Shown in pieces: positions 35,135 to 48,960 of a stretch of 64,000 bases of DNA. Position numbers and translations under genes: made by a program. Every line of letters starts with the position of its first letter. Positions within the stretch are counted from its first letter, which is position 1. Where the stretch lies: NCBI GenBank assembly GCA_002269645.1, contig NIVC01002219.1, positions 68,909 to 132,908 of the forward strand. The letters are read 5' to 3'. Under the pieces are notes generated by a model, which saw nothing but the letters and a program-made list of their open reading frames with translations, was not told the DNA's origin and made no database searches. This stretch comes from Macrostomum lignano. Taxonomy: Eukaryota.

Positions 35135-35183
<49 letters not shown>

Positions 35184-35210
35184 TTCGGTGAGTTAGATAG
35201 TTAGTTAGTC

Positions 35211-35247
<37 letters not shown>

Positions 35248-35306
35248 TTTGGTTAGTTAGTTAGTTAGTTAGTTAGTTAGTCAGTTAGTTAGTTAGTTAG
35301 TTAGTC

Positions 35307-35341
<35 letters not shown>

Positions 35342-35342
35342 C

Positions 35343-35399
<57 letters not shown>

Positions 35400-35699
35400 T
35401 TCGGTGAGTTAGATAGTTAGTTAGTGACTAACTGTGACCAATGTATATCAGTACATTTTGAGACTGTAACTCAGGAACTGCCCAAGTACAGTCACGTGCA
35501 TGCCCACTGCATCCCGCAGGCTGTGCGAGGAAGGCTGACCTGCTCGTTTCCCAACGACAACTGCACCGGCATGCCAGCAGTCCGCAAGCACTGCACAAAG
35601 AATCTTCACTACCTGACCTGTCTGGGAACAAACGTCTATGCCGAGATGCCCTGCGCTAACGGCACATCGCGCAACGCCAACACCTGCCCGCCTCCGTGA
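34422..35699 (+). CDS. Secreted PAN + CBM14-like protein with almost no linker, 157 aa (P5)
   Basis: Exons 34422-34715 and 35520-35699 (phase 0, same intron position after CSSE); C-terminal HCTKNLHYLTCLGTNVYAEMPCANGTSRNANTC. Confidence 0.78.
34724..35425. repeat. (TTAG)n microsatellite, about 700 bp, filling the P5 intron
   Basis: Tetranucleotide run with TCAG/TTGG variants. Confidence 0.98.
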
Positions 35700-35813
35700 A
35701 CTGATATATATGACAAGCACCAACGCATGCTTTTACTAATCAAACTGAAAAACAATAATGACTTCTGGCCTTGCAATGTGCCTTGATACAGATGTGATCG
35801 AATTTAATATATG

Positions 35814-35958
35814 ATAAACGCCGTTTAATTCATCATAGTCTATGGTTAGAATATCCTCGGCTGCAATCAATGATCCTCGGCTCGCTACGCTCGCCTCGAG
35901 ACCATTAAACGCAGCCTCGGACATTCTAACTACAGAATGTGAATTAAACGGCGTTTAT
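35814..35958. mobile_element. Small palindromic non-autonomous element
   Basis: ATAAACGCCGTTTAATTCA (35814-35832) and its exact reverse complement (35940-35958), with an inner imperfect inverted repeat. Confidence 0.6.
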
Positions 35959-36212
35959 TACGAGCTATCTTATTAGGAAACGAAATTTCCCGTCGTGATT
36001 TCTGTCATATGCAAAAATCTGGTTCACAATATAGTTGACTTGAAAAGAGTTTCAATGCGCTACATACCATAGACACTGGACTGAGCCACACTGGGGTTTA
36101 AATGCAATTAGGTTCTTTTATTCCTGTGGAAGTCCCAGTATATGGGACTCGACTTGATTCTCAGGCCTGAGAAAAAATGTGTATTTACTGTTGTAGTCTG
36201 GCAAATATTCTA

Positions 36213-36816
36213 TACTGTCCGTCAAAAGTTCCGGAACCCTTGCTACGATGTCTTCTAGCGGACATAATTTCAGTCCGTTTCAATTGTAACTTGATTCAAA
36301 TGAAAGCTGCGGATCTCAGCTCCATGATGTGGTCAAGAAAAAGTTTATTCGAAGGAGCGCGTGTGAACAGGCCAGTGTTATGTACATAAAGGTTAGAGAA
36401 AAAAGTGAGGAAAAGACAAACAAGCAATTGTCTATGGTTGCTGAGTCTATGGAGCAAACACACATGGGAAGGAATCGGTTTGCGCGCAGTGTTCAGCCTG
36501 GCTAACATTAGTCTATGGCCAAAACTTGTGTTGAAATCAACAGGCTCTTATGGATTCTTGTGCAGTCAGCTTTCATGGGAGAGTAAAAAGAGTAAAAACA
36601 ATTGCTTGTTTGTCTTTTCCTCACTTTTTTCTCTAACCTTTATGTACATAACACTGGCCTGTTCACACGCGCTCCTTCGAATAAACTTTTTCTTGACCAC
36701 ATCATGGAGCTGAGATCCGCAGCTTTCATTTGAATCAAGTTACAATTGAAACGCACTGAAATTATGTCCGCTAGAAGACATCGTAGCAAGGGTTCCGGGA
36801 CTTTTGACGGACAGTA
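36213..36816. mobile_element. Tc1/mariner-type MITE / foldback element, 604 bp with 219-bp TIRs
   Basis: Arms 36213-36431 and 36598-36816 are reverse complements (2 mismatches seen); flanked by TA on both sides. Confidence 0.9.
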
Positions 36817-37569
36817 TAGGTCTCAAATTCATGGCAGCATTCATACAAGGTCTGTCTTCACATAGAAACTTTCTGCTCCTATATACATAGCGAAAAATCT
36901 TTGTTCAACTGATGCGTTCAGAGTATAGAAGCACTGTACGCTCGTACTCGTACTTGCAATAATATTTTTACGAACTTAAAGTACAATTCAATTCAATTGC
37001 TCTGGGCTTTAACACCATTAGGTATTGCAGTTTGATGAAAACTAGCATCGATCCACTCATAGTCTAATAAACTAAACTATAACCAAACCCATGCAAGCAC
37101 CAAAGCGCCTGTGAAATCACGCTAAACAAATGCTTTGTAGTCAATAGCAACCAGTTAATTAAATTACTGCATAATAGTAAACTGATGTTAGCTCTGGTCT
37201 GTCTCTGAAGTGCGCACTGGAAGTAATGCACGCCTAATTAAATAACAATATGCACGATAGCTGATTGCAGGAATATTATTCACCAACTAAAAATGAAAAA
37301 CACAAACACAGCACAGATCAGCTCTCAAGCATGATTTCCTCTTCAGAGATTATATTATTTTCGCAATTCATACAAACCAATGTTCGTGGGTCTGTGGCAG
37401 CCATGGACTGCTAAATTAGAATGACGCTCAGACAGGGTGTACAGCTGCCCATTCGGCTTATGCGAATTGATTTTAATCCAAGATAGGTTTGTCAATTTGG
37501 TCCATAGCTTCATTTGCAACTGTTGCGGAGGAGCAAGATCAGTCCCAGAATTGTGGGCCATATGCTAGG

Positions 37570-37860
37570 CTGTTGAACGAATGCCATTGGCTTGTGATCG
37601 AAGCACCCGGCAGAGGTGAACACACAAAGGACATTGCAAGGTTGCTGAATGTAAAAGAAAAGATGGTTTATAGCATCCATCAGTGCGTTGACACCACTGC
37701 CGGCAGAGATCGCCTGCGAAAGAGGTGGCGTGGCAATCGACAAGGCAAGTTGCTGGAGCCTCAGGTCCAACTGCTACTCGATGCAGTTGAGACGAACCCT
37801 TTGTTGACGTTGCAGAAATGCAGCAAAAGTTGAAGAAACAGTTTCAGCTGTGTCCAACAC
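37570..37860 (+). mobile_element. Tc1/IS630-like transposase N-terminal HTH remnant
   Basis: LVIEA...G...KDIARLLNVKEKMVYSI...R...GNRQGKL...LLDAVETNPLLTL, then frameshifted EMQQKLK. Confidence 0.6.
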
Positions 37861-39095
37861 TGTGTCCGAAAGTTCTAGCGATGTCCAACACTTTGGTTTT
37901 CGGAGTTATGATATTTCGGGTTTGTGTTAAGCTGAGAAATGGCGGCGGAGCCAAGCCGGGCCGGGTGCAGAGGCTTTAAGCTGGCCGGCGCGGCCAACAC
38001 CCCCACACCTCAACCCCCCGCCAAAGTACAGCGATATGTACAGCGGCACCCCCGGCGTGTCTAACACACCTTACTCAGAGAGTAACGATTGCAATATTTC
38101 GGGTTTATGATGGGCGTTGCTATTAATTTCGGAGTTGTGAATTTTCGGGTTTGTGATATTTCAGGTCTATGATGGCGGCCCCTATCTTGAATTAAAATCA
38201 ATGCGCGCAGACCTAAACGGGCTTCAAAGAGCTATAGTAATATACTCGTAGTCGTAGCTACATTACAGACAACACTACACGTAAACAGTGTAAACTCCAT
38301 CCTTTGTTACCGGCGCTTTACAATGCAAAAAAACGGATAAAATGATGCCCAGCAATAAACAGTTTAGCGGCAGACAGACTCAAACATGAACAAACATAAA
38401 TGAATATATAATTAGGAAATTAGATTTAAAAAAATATTTCGCTAAATAGTACCTCCGCTATTGGTAATGAAAGCAAGACAAACCGATTACATAAATACAC
38501 TAATAATATATATATATATCAAATGAGAAAGCTATGTAATTATTACTGGTAATGGCAAAGTCTTTCTGAGCGAAATTGAACCGAATAGCAAGTAAAAAAA
38601 AAACAAATTTAACTGAATCAGCAAAAAAACACTTGGCAACCTCAGTACAGTTGTTGTGCAATAATTTTATAAAAAATACTCAAAAAATTCACTTAATCTT
38701 TAGGTCGCTGTATTTGCTAGGAACAAAAAGTAACACTGCTTTTTCACGATTAACTTCTAACTGTTTTTCCCACAATCAGGGAAAATTTGTTGAGATACAA
38801 TTAATCGTGAGCATACTTTGGTCTACATAATTAATCGAATAAACAAACATTTGTGTTGAAAACTACGCAGCATTATACAGTCATGGGCAAGGATTCTAAA
38901 CAGGTATCTTAGCCAGAAAACAGCATTTTTAGCACGGGACAGCTAACTCTGCATTGCTTCAGTTCAGTGTGGCGACCCCACAGTCCTTGGACTGAACAGC
39001 CGTACGCAGCCTTCAGATGCGCCGCGCAATGGCTGCGGCTGAGCTGTCGGTTGCACACCTGGCCCAATTGGGGCAGGTGGAATCAATTGTGAATT

Positions 39096-39376
39096 CATAC
39101 ATGCGCAACAGTCGGCCGGCCGATCCGGTTGACCGATTTGGCGGCCAACCAAGGAAGTCGCAAAAATGCCCACCCGAAAAAATACCCCTAGTAGTACTAA
39201 GTAGCTGACGAGGCATTTTGGCTTGATAATACAGTCATAGTTACTCCTGCCGTTTACCCACAGTTGCGTTAATTTTGCTTTAGGGTTTTTTTTACATTTT
39301 TGGCCAAAAACTACGTCGCATTTTTGTTAAAACTAAGTCGTACGGCTGACCGAATTTTGGAGGTTGCGCATGTATG
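39096..39376. mobile_element. hAT-type MITE (TIR CATACATGCGCAAC)
   Basis: Terminal inverted repeats; homologous to 53333-53605 (opposite orientation, 8-bp TSD) and to a partial copy from 50372. Confidence 0.75.
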
Positions 39377-39596
39377 ATTGTGATTCTGATTATTATGCTT
39401 GTCTACAAAGTTCTCCTAACAATATCTATTATTTGTTATCTCTTGGGTTAAATTTAAAACAAAACAATGAACACCTTCAATAAACCTTTAATTAATGCAA
39501 AAGCTAAATAAAGCGAATCAAAGTGGAGCTGTTCCGAATGCCACAAAATCATCGGAAGTTATAATACACTTATCTAGTGCCACTGTGCTCATTCAT

Positions 39597-42500
39597 TCAC
39601 AGAGGTGAGCTCCTGTGCTGCGGATGCTTGGCACTGCCAGATCCGCCGTCCTGCAGGTCAAGGAACTCGGACATCAGCGGCGGCACAAACCTCGGATTGG
39701 ACATTGTGGCCAAGTCGGAAAAGTCTTTCTCGAGGCCGCGCAGCTCCGCTAGCTGGGTGAGCAGCTGGGGATAGACTTTGCGAGCGTGGGACACGGTGAA
39801 CCGCGTGCGCAACAGGCGTTCGAGCAGCATGCAGTACTTCACCTGCGACTCTTCCACCTGGAGGGCAACATGGGCGATTGGAGGTTGGTGAGTTCGGTGA
39901 GATCAAAAGAGATTCAGGGGGTATTGATGTGTCAGTGAGATCAAAAGAGATTCAGGGGGTATTGATGTGTCAGTGAGATCAAAGAGATTCAGGGGGTATT
40001 GATGTGTCAGTGAGATCAAAGAGATTCAGGGGGTATTGATGTGTCAGTGAGATCAAAGAGATTCAGGGGGTATTGATGTGTCGGTGATATCAAAGAGATT
40101 CAATGGTATTGATGTGTCAGTGAGATCAAAGAGATTCAATGGGTATTGATGTGTCAGTGAGATCAAAGAGATTCAGGGGGTATTGGTGTGTCGGTGAGAT
40201 CAAAGAGATTGAGGGGGTATTGATGTGTCGGTGAGATCAAAGAGATTCAGGGGTAACTATGTGACGGTAAGATCAAAGAGATTCAGATGATAATGTGTCG
40301 GTGAGATCAAAGAGATTTAGGGGGTATTGATGTGTCGGTGAGATCAAAGAGATTCAGATGATAATGTGTCGGTGATTTCAAAGAGATTCAGACGATAATG
40401 TGTCGGTGATATCAAAGGATCTGATTTAAATTGTAAAATTGTTCAGAAGCCGTACAATTGAAAAATATTCAAGCAGAAGCTGCACGTATGCAAGAAGTGC
40501 AATCGTATAATTATTCAACATCAAATTTCCTGAGACAGGCTGCAGCAAGTTCATGCACAAAGCCAGCTGCTCTTGAAAAAACAGCTATACCCAGCTCTCA
40601 GCTTACAGGGGAGTTTGCGATTCCACCAGAAAAAAGAACCGAACAAAGGAAAAGCAGAAATCCCCGTGAGAAAAGCTAGACAACCCTGCAGCTGTTTCCT
40701 GCATCCCGACTGCAAAACAGAGTTGAAGCAAACTCAACTGCCTGCCTGCATTGTGAATTGCTCTTCAAAAATGTTGACATCACATTTCCTACTGTATTTT
40801 AGCCCGTTATATGGTAGATCGCTTGAAATTGGAATTCCTAGAATGCCGCTTCAGAGAAAATTCCGGGAACGATATCAGAAGAAACCAATTAGAAAGACGC
40901 CAAATAGACATTTTTTAGAACGGCGCCAAATCGAATTTTTTAAGAATATCACCAAATGGATATTTCTTAGAATGGCACCAAAAGCAAATTTTTTAGAACG
41001 GCGCCAAATCGAAATTTTTAAGAATATCACTAAATGGATATTTCTTAGAATGGCGCTAAAAGGATATTTCTAAGAATGGCGCCCAATAAACATTTTTTTA
41101 AATATCACCTACTAATGTCTATTAGATAAATAGAAATATCTAAGAATGGCGCCAAATAGACATTTCTTAGAATGGCACTTAAGGACATTTCTTAGAACGG
41201 CGCCAAATCGAAATTTTTAAGAATATCACCAAATGGAAATTTCTTAGAATGGCGCAAAACAGACATTTCTAAAAACAGGCATATGGCGCAAAACAGACAT
41301 ATCTAAGAATGGCGCCAAATAGACATTTCTTAGAATGACACCTGAGGACATTTCTTAGAACGGCGCCAAATGGAAATTTCTTAAATGGCGCCAAATAGAC
41401 ATTTCTTAGAATGGCGCCAAAAGCACATTTCTCAAAATGGTACCTAAAGGACATTTCTGAGAATAGCGCCAAATTGACATTTGTAAGAATGACTCCAAAT
41501 AGACATTTCGTAGAATGGCGCCAAATAGACATTTCAAAAAGAAGTGGCACAAAACATTCATTTCTTAGAATCGCCCTGATTAGCAAGTTCTCGGAAGTGG
41601 AGGAAAAAAAGATTCAGAATGGCACTAGGCAAGCATTTTTTTAAAAAAGGACCGACAATAAAAAAATTATCCCTCAGCCGGAACAGGCACTCACCAGATC
41701 CCTTCCCTCAGGCGACAACCCGGCCCGGTCTGGGCTGAACAGGCAGCAGGCAAGCAGCAGTACCAGAGTGTGATGATCGCACTGCAGGTTGCTGCGCAGA
41801 GTCCTGGCTAACTGAAAAAACGCATGCCCAGCATTGGGCCCGGCCGCTCTCAGGAAATCCTGGCCCTGCATAGAGTCCGACTCGGCACTGGCCGTGTCCG
41901 TCTCGTCAAGGAATCTGGCATGGTCCGGATCGAAGCTGATGACGCCGCGCAGTAGGATGAGCTCGAGGGCGCCGCCCTTCAACAGGCAGACTTTGTCCGG
42001 CTGGCTGAGCTGCCGGAACTCGTCCAGCTTCTTGCTCAGATCGATCACCCGCATCACGGACAGCTCGGCAAAGTTGATCAGGTCGTCCACGTTGGCCGCA
42101 CGCTGGCCGTGGCGTTCGGCGACTCGAACCTCGGCCGACTGGCGATAGTACTCGGCCAACTGGGTCAGCTCTTGGACGTCCGATTCGGACATGATCTCGC
42201 GGTCGGCCAGCTCTGATGGCGTGAGCTCCTTCGGCAGCAGGCCCAGAGTCTCCAGAGTGCGCAGCAGCCTGCGGTTTAGGGGGAGTGACTGATTGAGACC
42301 AGAGTTACTGGGTGAGTGACCGGAGTGACTAAATTGAGACCAGAGTGACTGGGTGAGTGAGCGGAGTGACCAAATTGAGACCAGAGTGACTTGGTGAGTG
42401 AGTGGAGTGACCGATTGAGACCAGAGTGACTGGATGAGTGAGCGGAGTGACCAGTTCAGACAAGAGTGACTGGGTGAGTGAATGGAGTGACCAGTTAAGA

Positions 42501-45500
42501 CCAGTGACTGGGTGAGTGAGCGGAGTGACTAAATTGAGACCAGAGTGACTGGGCGAGTGACCGATTGAGACCAGAATGACTATGTGAGTGACCGGAGAGA
42601 CCAGTTGAGACCAGAATGACTATGTGAGTGACCGGAGAGACCAGTTGAGACCAGAATGACTATGTGAGTGACCGGAGAGACCAGTTGAGACCAGAGTGAC
42701 TGGGGTGAGTGAGCGGAGTGACCAGTTGAGACCAGAGTGACTTGGTGAGTGAGTGGAGTGACCGATTGAGACCAGAGTGACTTGGTGAGTGAGTGGAGTG
42801 ACCGATTGAGACCAAAGTGACTATGTGAGTGATCGGAGTGACCAGTTGAGACCAGAATGACGGGGAGAGTGACCGGAGTGGCAATTTACTTACCATAGTT
42901 GAGTTGTAATATGATCAACCTACTCTCACCACTAAAATATACGAAACCGAACTCCTTCACTGCCTAGTCTCATTTATTAGGATTAGGATATTAAATCTGG
43001 TTCAAACATCTGATCTCATTCTTAGAATATACTAATCTAATTGTCTGAATATCTAATCTTATTCTTAGATTGTCTCTTTTAACACAGAATCTTATTCTTT
43101 ATTCTTCATTAGATAGAAACTGCAAAATTAGACAAAATCTCTGCTCACTTATTCTGATCAATTTTCTTTCTCTTCTCAGTCTTCTCCTCCTCGGTGAGAA
43201 TGTACTCCTTCTTCATGCCGACGTCGAAACATTTTCTCAGCCTGCATCGCTTGCAGAATCGCCTGTTGGAGATGTCAATCCGGCAGTTGCCTTCGTACGG
43301 ACATTTTAGCGCCTCCTGTAGTTATAAAGCAATACATATGTAGGATGGAATTGTATTACTACTAACAATAACATTCATGAGTAGCATTAATAACTTGCAA
43401 GCAGATAAATATAAATTATTACGTTAAAATCCTGAACAAGCTGATTAGCAGATAGAATGGTAGATAGAGATTAGCAGATAGAATGGTAGATAGAGATTGG
43501 CAGATAGAATGGTTGATAAAGATTAGCAGATAGAATGGTAGATAGAGATTGGCAGATAGAATGGTAGATAGAGATTAGCAGATAGAATGGTAGATAGAGA
43601 TTGGCAGATAGAATGGTAGATAGAGATTAGCAGATAGAATGGTAGATAGAGATTGGCAGATAGAATGGTAGATAGAGATTGGCAGATAGAATGGTAGATA
43701 GAGATTAGCAGATAGAATGGTAGATAGAGATTGGCAGATAGAATGGTAGATAGAGATTGGCAGATAGAATGGTAGATAGAGATTGGCAGATAGAATGGTA
43801 GATAAAGATTAGCAGATAGAATGGTAGATAGAGATTGGCAGATAGAATGGTAGATAAAGATTAGCAGATAGAATGGTAGATAGAGATTGGCAGATAGAAT
43901 GGTTGATAAAGATTAGCAGATAGAATGGTAGATAGAGATTGGCAGATAGAATGGTTGATAAAGATTAGCAGATAGAATGGTAGATAGAGATTGGCAGATA
44001 GAATGGTAGATAGAGATTAGCAGATAGAATGGTAGATAGAGATTGGCAGATAGAATGGTAGATAAAGATTAGCAGATAGAATGGTAGATAGAGATTGGCA
44101 GATAGAATGGTTGATAAAGATTAGCAGATAGAATGGTTGATAAAGATTAGCAGATAGAATGGTTGATAAAGATTAGCAGATAGAATGGTATATCTAGAGA
44201 TTGGCAGATGGAATGGTATATAGAATTTGGCAGATGGAATGGTAGATAGAGATTGGTAGATAGAATGGAAGATAGAGATTGGCAGATAGTAGAAATGTAG
44301 ATCTATAGGCAGACAGATCAGCAGGTAAACAACTCACCACTCCTTTAGCGGCATTCCGCCTGAAGAAGGCTTTGCAGGACTCGCAGCTGACTGCGTCAAA
44401 ATTGAAGCCCAGAGCTTTGTCGCCGCACACGCCGCAGAACTTGTCCTCGCGCTGCTTGGCGCGCCTGGCGCCGCCTGAGACAGACGCGGCGCTAGAGGCG
44501 CTAGCGGAGGCGCCGGCGCCACCCCCGGTGGCGTCGCTTGAGACGGCGGATGCGACAGACGGAGGCGGAGGAGAGTAGCAACTGGAAGCTGCTTGATGAG
44601 GCATGGGCTGGCCTGGGAGATCCACAGGCATGTACAGCGGCGGCTGATTTCCGAACGACATGGCCTGATAAATCATTTAAAGTCGTGTACAGTGAATTAT
44701 CACACACAGAATGACCGGAAGTACAGTGAATTATCACACACTGAATGACCGGAAGTACAGTGAATTATCAGCACACAGAATGACCGGAAGTACAGTGAAT
44801 TATCAGCACACTGAATGACCGGAAGTACAGTGAATTATCAGCACACTGAATGACCGGAAGTACAGTGAATTATCACACACTGAATGACCGGAAGTACAGT
44901 GAATTATCAGCACACTGAATGACCGGAAGTACAGTGAATTATCACACACTGAATGACCGGAAGTACAGTGAATTATCACACACTGAATGACCGGAAGTAC
45001 AGTGAATTATCACACACTGAATGACCGGAAGTACAGTGAATTATCAGCACACTGAATGACCGGAAGTACAGTGAATTATCACACACTGAATGACCGGAAG
45101 TACAGTGAATTATCAGCACACAGAATGACCGGAAGTACAGTGAATTATCAGCACACAGAATGACCGGAAGTACAGTGAATTATCACACACTGAATGACCG
45201 GAAGTACAGTGAATTATCACACACTGAATGACCGGAAGTACAGTGAATTATCAGCACACAGAATGACCGGAAGTACAGTGAATTATCACACACAGAATGA
45301 CCGGAAGTACAGTGAATTATCACACACTGAATGACCGGAAGTATTCACCTGAAAAGCCTCAACATCGGAAGTTGGCAAGGCAAACGAAGCACCAGATGAT
45401 TGGTCCTGTGCCACCGGATGCTGCTGATGCATCGGCTGCTGGGGCATCATGCTACTAGAGGGGCCGCCATAATTCTGGCTGGGCATGGGGCTGTAGGAGC

Positions 45501-45754
45501 TGGCAGACAGGGGACTCAGGGTGACGCCACACAGGCTAAATGATGCGTCGCTAGCCGAGTCATCCAGAGGAACAAATTGTTCCACTTTTGGTGCCTGCTG
45601 CCTCTGCTGTTGCTGCTGATTGTAGAGATCCATGTCTTCTAGGGGAACTATCTTTTTTTCTATGTTGTTTGATTGTTGCAAGTCCAAACCCGTGGCATTG
45701 GCTGATGGTTGAAAATCAGGCACTGATTGCGGGTGACCGCTTTTGCTGTCCGGT
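39597..45754 (-). CDS. Hr96: Nuclear receptor, HR96/DAF-12/NHR-8 (NR1J) group; at least 577 aa; 5' exon(s) not located
   Basis: Exons (minus strand) 45754-45349, 44664-44338, 43315-43149, 42268-41695, 39857-39597, with GT-AG boundaries and consistent phases; DBD CGVCGDKALGFNFDAVSCESCKAFFRRNA...CPYEGNCRIDISNRRFCKRCRLRKCFDVGMKKEYIL (CESCKA P-box); LBD FRQLSQPDKVCLLKGG, LFSPDRAGL; AF-2 PPLMSEFLD. Confidence 0.93.
39898..40420. repeat. 37-38-bp intronic minisatellite
   Basis: GAGATCAAAGAGATTCAGGGGGTATTGATGTGTCAGT unit, about 14 copies. Confidence 0.95.
40880..41580. repeat. Degenerate intronic tandem repeat
   Basis: Recurring TTCTTAGAATGGCGCCAAATAGACAT core. Confidence 0.85.
42285..42880. repeat. 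About 40-bp intronic minisatellite
   Basis: GAGACCAGAGTGACTGGGTGAGTGACCGGAGTGACCAGTT unit, about 15 copies. Confidence 0.92.
43442..44290. repeat. 26-bp intronic minisatellite
   Basis: GATT(A/G)GCAGATAGAATGGTAGATAGA unit, about 32 copies. Confidence 0.97.
44686..45345. repeat. 34-35-bp intronic minisatellite
   Basis: GTACAGTGAATTATCA(G)CACACTGAATGACCGGAA unit, about 19 copies, abutting the splice donor. Confidence 0.97.
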
Positions 45755-45800
45755 CTGAAAGCAAGTCAGGATTTTTCATGGGACAGTCACAGTATCCAAC

Positions 45801-46188
45801 GCCTCACTGACCCACCGCGACCGCCTCACCGACCCACCGTGACCGCTTCACTGACCCACCGTGACCGCCTCACTGATCCACAGTGATCACTTCACTGACC
45901 CACCGCGACCGCCTCACCGACCCACCGTGACCGCTTCACTGACCCACCGTGACCGCCTCACTGATCCACAGTGATCACTTCACTGACCCCCCGTGACCGC
46001 CTCACTGACCCACCGCGACCGCCTCACCGACCCACCGTGACCGCTTCACTGACCCACCGTGAACGCCTCACTAACCCACCGTAACCGCCTCACTGACCCA
46101 CCGTAACCGCCTCACTGACCCACCGTGACCGCCTCACTGACCCACCGTGACCGCCTCACTGACCCACAGTGACCGCCTCACTGACCCA
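45801..46188. repeat. 22-bp minisatellite
   Basis: GCCTCACTGACCCACCGTGACC unit, about 17 copies. Confidence 0.95.
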
Positions 46189-46202
46189 CGCCAAATTCCT
46201 GC

Positions 46203-46700
46203 TCTGACACACACTAAACTACTCATCTGACACACATTAAACTACTCATCTGACACACACTAAACTACTCATCTGACACACACTAAACTACCCATCTGAC
46301 ACACACTAAACTACCCATCTGACACACACTAAACTACCCATCTGACACACACTAAACTACCCATCTGACACACACTAAACTACCCATCTGACACACACTA
46401 AACTACCCATCTGACACACACTAAACTACCCATCTGACACACATTAAACTACCCATCTGACACACACTAAACTACCCATCTGACACACACTAAACTACCC
46501 ATCTGACACACACTAAACTACCCATCTGACTCACACTAAACTACCCATCTGACACACACTAAACTACCCATCTGACACACACTAAACTACCCATCTGACA
46601 CACACTAAACTACCCATCTGACACACACTAAACTACCCATCTGACACACACTAAACTACCCATCTGACACACACTAAACTACTGCACTAATACACACTAA
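46203..46700. repeat. 23-bp minisatellite
   Basis: TCTGACACACACTAAACTACCCA unit, about 21 copies. Confidence 0.97.
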
Positions 46701-48099
46701 ACTCTTACTCTGATCCAGTATGCGCGACTTACGATTACCCACAACATTCGTGAAACTTATTAAAAATAAAGTGCATAACTATATCGCTTTTTATCCAATT
46801 ACTATCACAATAACAACGCGTAAAAATTAGGCAAAAAATAATCTATCTCGAGATATTGACATAACTTTAAACTTTCCTAGAAATAAACTGAAATCATTTT
46901 GCGCCCAGGAAAGTCTAGGAAAGCCAAAGTAAAAATACTGCAATGACAGCCTGTCAGTGACTCATTTGAAATTTCCAACTTTGAGTAGCTTAGTCCGACA
47001 AGCTAAGGCCAGAAGCACACAATACATAAGACAAGGCAATAAGTTGAGTCGATTTCTTGAAGCAGTCTGTTGACACTAGAGACACTATTAGTATTGATGT
47101 CCATTGTGCGTGTGACTTAATACACTAATATTAATATATATCTAGTTGGCTAAAATATCGATCCCTACAGAGACCACAAAAAAATTGTTTAAAATATGTA
47201 ATTGGTATTCTTGAGAATACTTGTGATTGCAGAAAAATATTGTGGGGAGAGGGGTTAGTCGGTGCAATGCTATTGTAGCTCTTATCTAGTCATTTTCTTG
47301 ATTAAAAATATTGAATATTTCTGTTCTAGCTAGCAGAAATATAATCAATACTTACACAAACAGACGATGCTATGCTCACTGTGCGATTAATTCATAATTT
47401 TTTTGCAACTCAGTAAAACCAGTTAGCTAGAAAAGGGTGTAGTTGGTGGCGCAATTGAAATTAAAAAATCATACTATCCAGAACTTACGCGTTAAGTATC
47501 TATCTAGCGGGAAATTCCTGTCCCTCGGCCTCAACCAATAGAATTCCCTGTTCAAATATGGGAGGGCTGGCATCTGTAGCAAATGTTCGCCAGTTCATGG
47601 ACCTCTTAAACATAGAATCTAGACAGGATGGAATTTATTTTAAAGCTTTATTTCAACACATAACGTTTGTGACACAGTCAGTTATTGACAGTTTTTGCAA
47701 ACAGAAATAAATGACTGAGCTCATTACCAAATGCATCAGTGAGACAGTAGTCCTCATGGTAGGAGAGGTTTGGGATGAGGGTTGTGAAGCCATTGACAAT
47801 ATAAATTATTAATCCATATACTAAAAATGAATTTCTTGTTTGTACCCAATCGATTATCTCCCAAAATGCAGGGCCCCCAACAATAGGGGGTTAGTAAACC
47901 GGACTGACTGGGTTGATGACTATGACAATGGTGGGAGAGCTACACTAGACAGGTAGCTGGGCAGGTGGGCTGGGTGCAATGGCATGACTTTATAACAGTA
48001 TAAGTTGGTTTAGCTCAGGGATGGGCAAACTCCGGCTGGAAAAGCCTCTCTATTTGGCTATCGGGTCTTTTGAAACTTCACAATAGCAATCCGGCCCGC

Positions 48100-48960
48100 T
48101 CAAGGTTTTTGTCTCCTCTCAGCACCCTTCTCTCTGAACTCCTCTCGTTTTGTCTCCTCTCTATCCCCTCGCCTCTCCTTTCTCCCAACTCTCCTCTCTA
48201 TCCCCTCGCCTCTCCTTTCTCCCAACTCTCCTCTCTATTCCCTCGCCTCTCTTTTCTCCCATCTCCCTTCTCTATTCCCTTGCCTCTATCCCCGGCTCTG
48301 GACCGCAGTCATGCGCTAGGTTACGTTGTCCTAACCCCTGGCTTAACTAGTTGTTTAGCCGGAGACAGTAAAACGCATAAAATGACTAGGGGGGGTTCAG
48401 TTTCAATATAAGGGGAAACGTGGCTATTTTAATGTACTCTCTGACGATTTGTTCTCAAAAAACGAATTTTACTGCTTAAAACCTTAGATTTATCCAAATC
48501 AATTTATTTCCTAATTCTTCCCTATCTCAATCAAGCTCATTCTTAATCTCATTCCCCATCCCAATCAATTTCATTTCCCATCCCAATCAATCCCATTCCC
48601 CATCTCAATCAATCTTATTTCCCGTCCCAATCAATCTCATTCACAATCTCAATCAATTTCATTCCTCATCTCATTTCCCATCCCAATAAATCTCATCCCC
48701 CATCCCAATCAATCTCATTTCCCCATCTCAATCAATCTCATTCCCCATCTCAATAAATCTCATTCCCTATCTCAATCAATGTCATCCCCCATCTCAATCA
48801 ATCTCATTCCCCATCTCAATCAATCTCATTCCCCATCTCAGTCAATCTCATTCCCCATCTCAATCAATGTCATCCCCGATCTCAATCAATTTAATTTTCC
48901 ATCTCAATCAGTTTCATTCCCCACTGCAATCAATCTTATTCCCCATATTAATCAATCTCA
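48100..48960. repeat. CT-rich repeats (48100-48290) and degenerate TCAATCAATCTCATTCCCCATC repeats (48520-48960)
   Basis: Visual periodicity. Confidence 0.8.

Noticed and set aside
34724-35425. Interstitial telomere interpretation of (TTAG)n
   Set aside because: The unit is TTAG, not TTAGG or TTAGGG, and it lies within an ordinary intron.
40573-41644. ORFs in the last HR96 intron
   Set aside because: Derived from the degenerate TTCTTAGAATGGCGCC repeat; no domain signal.
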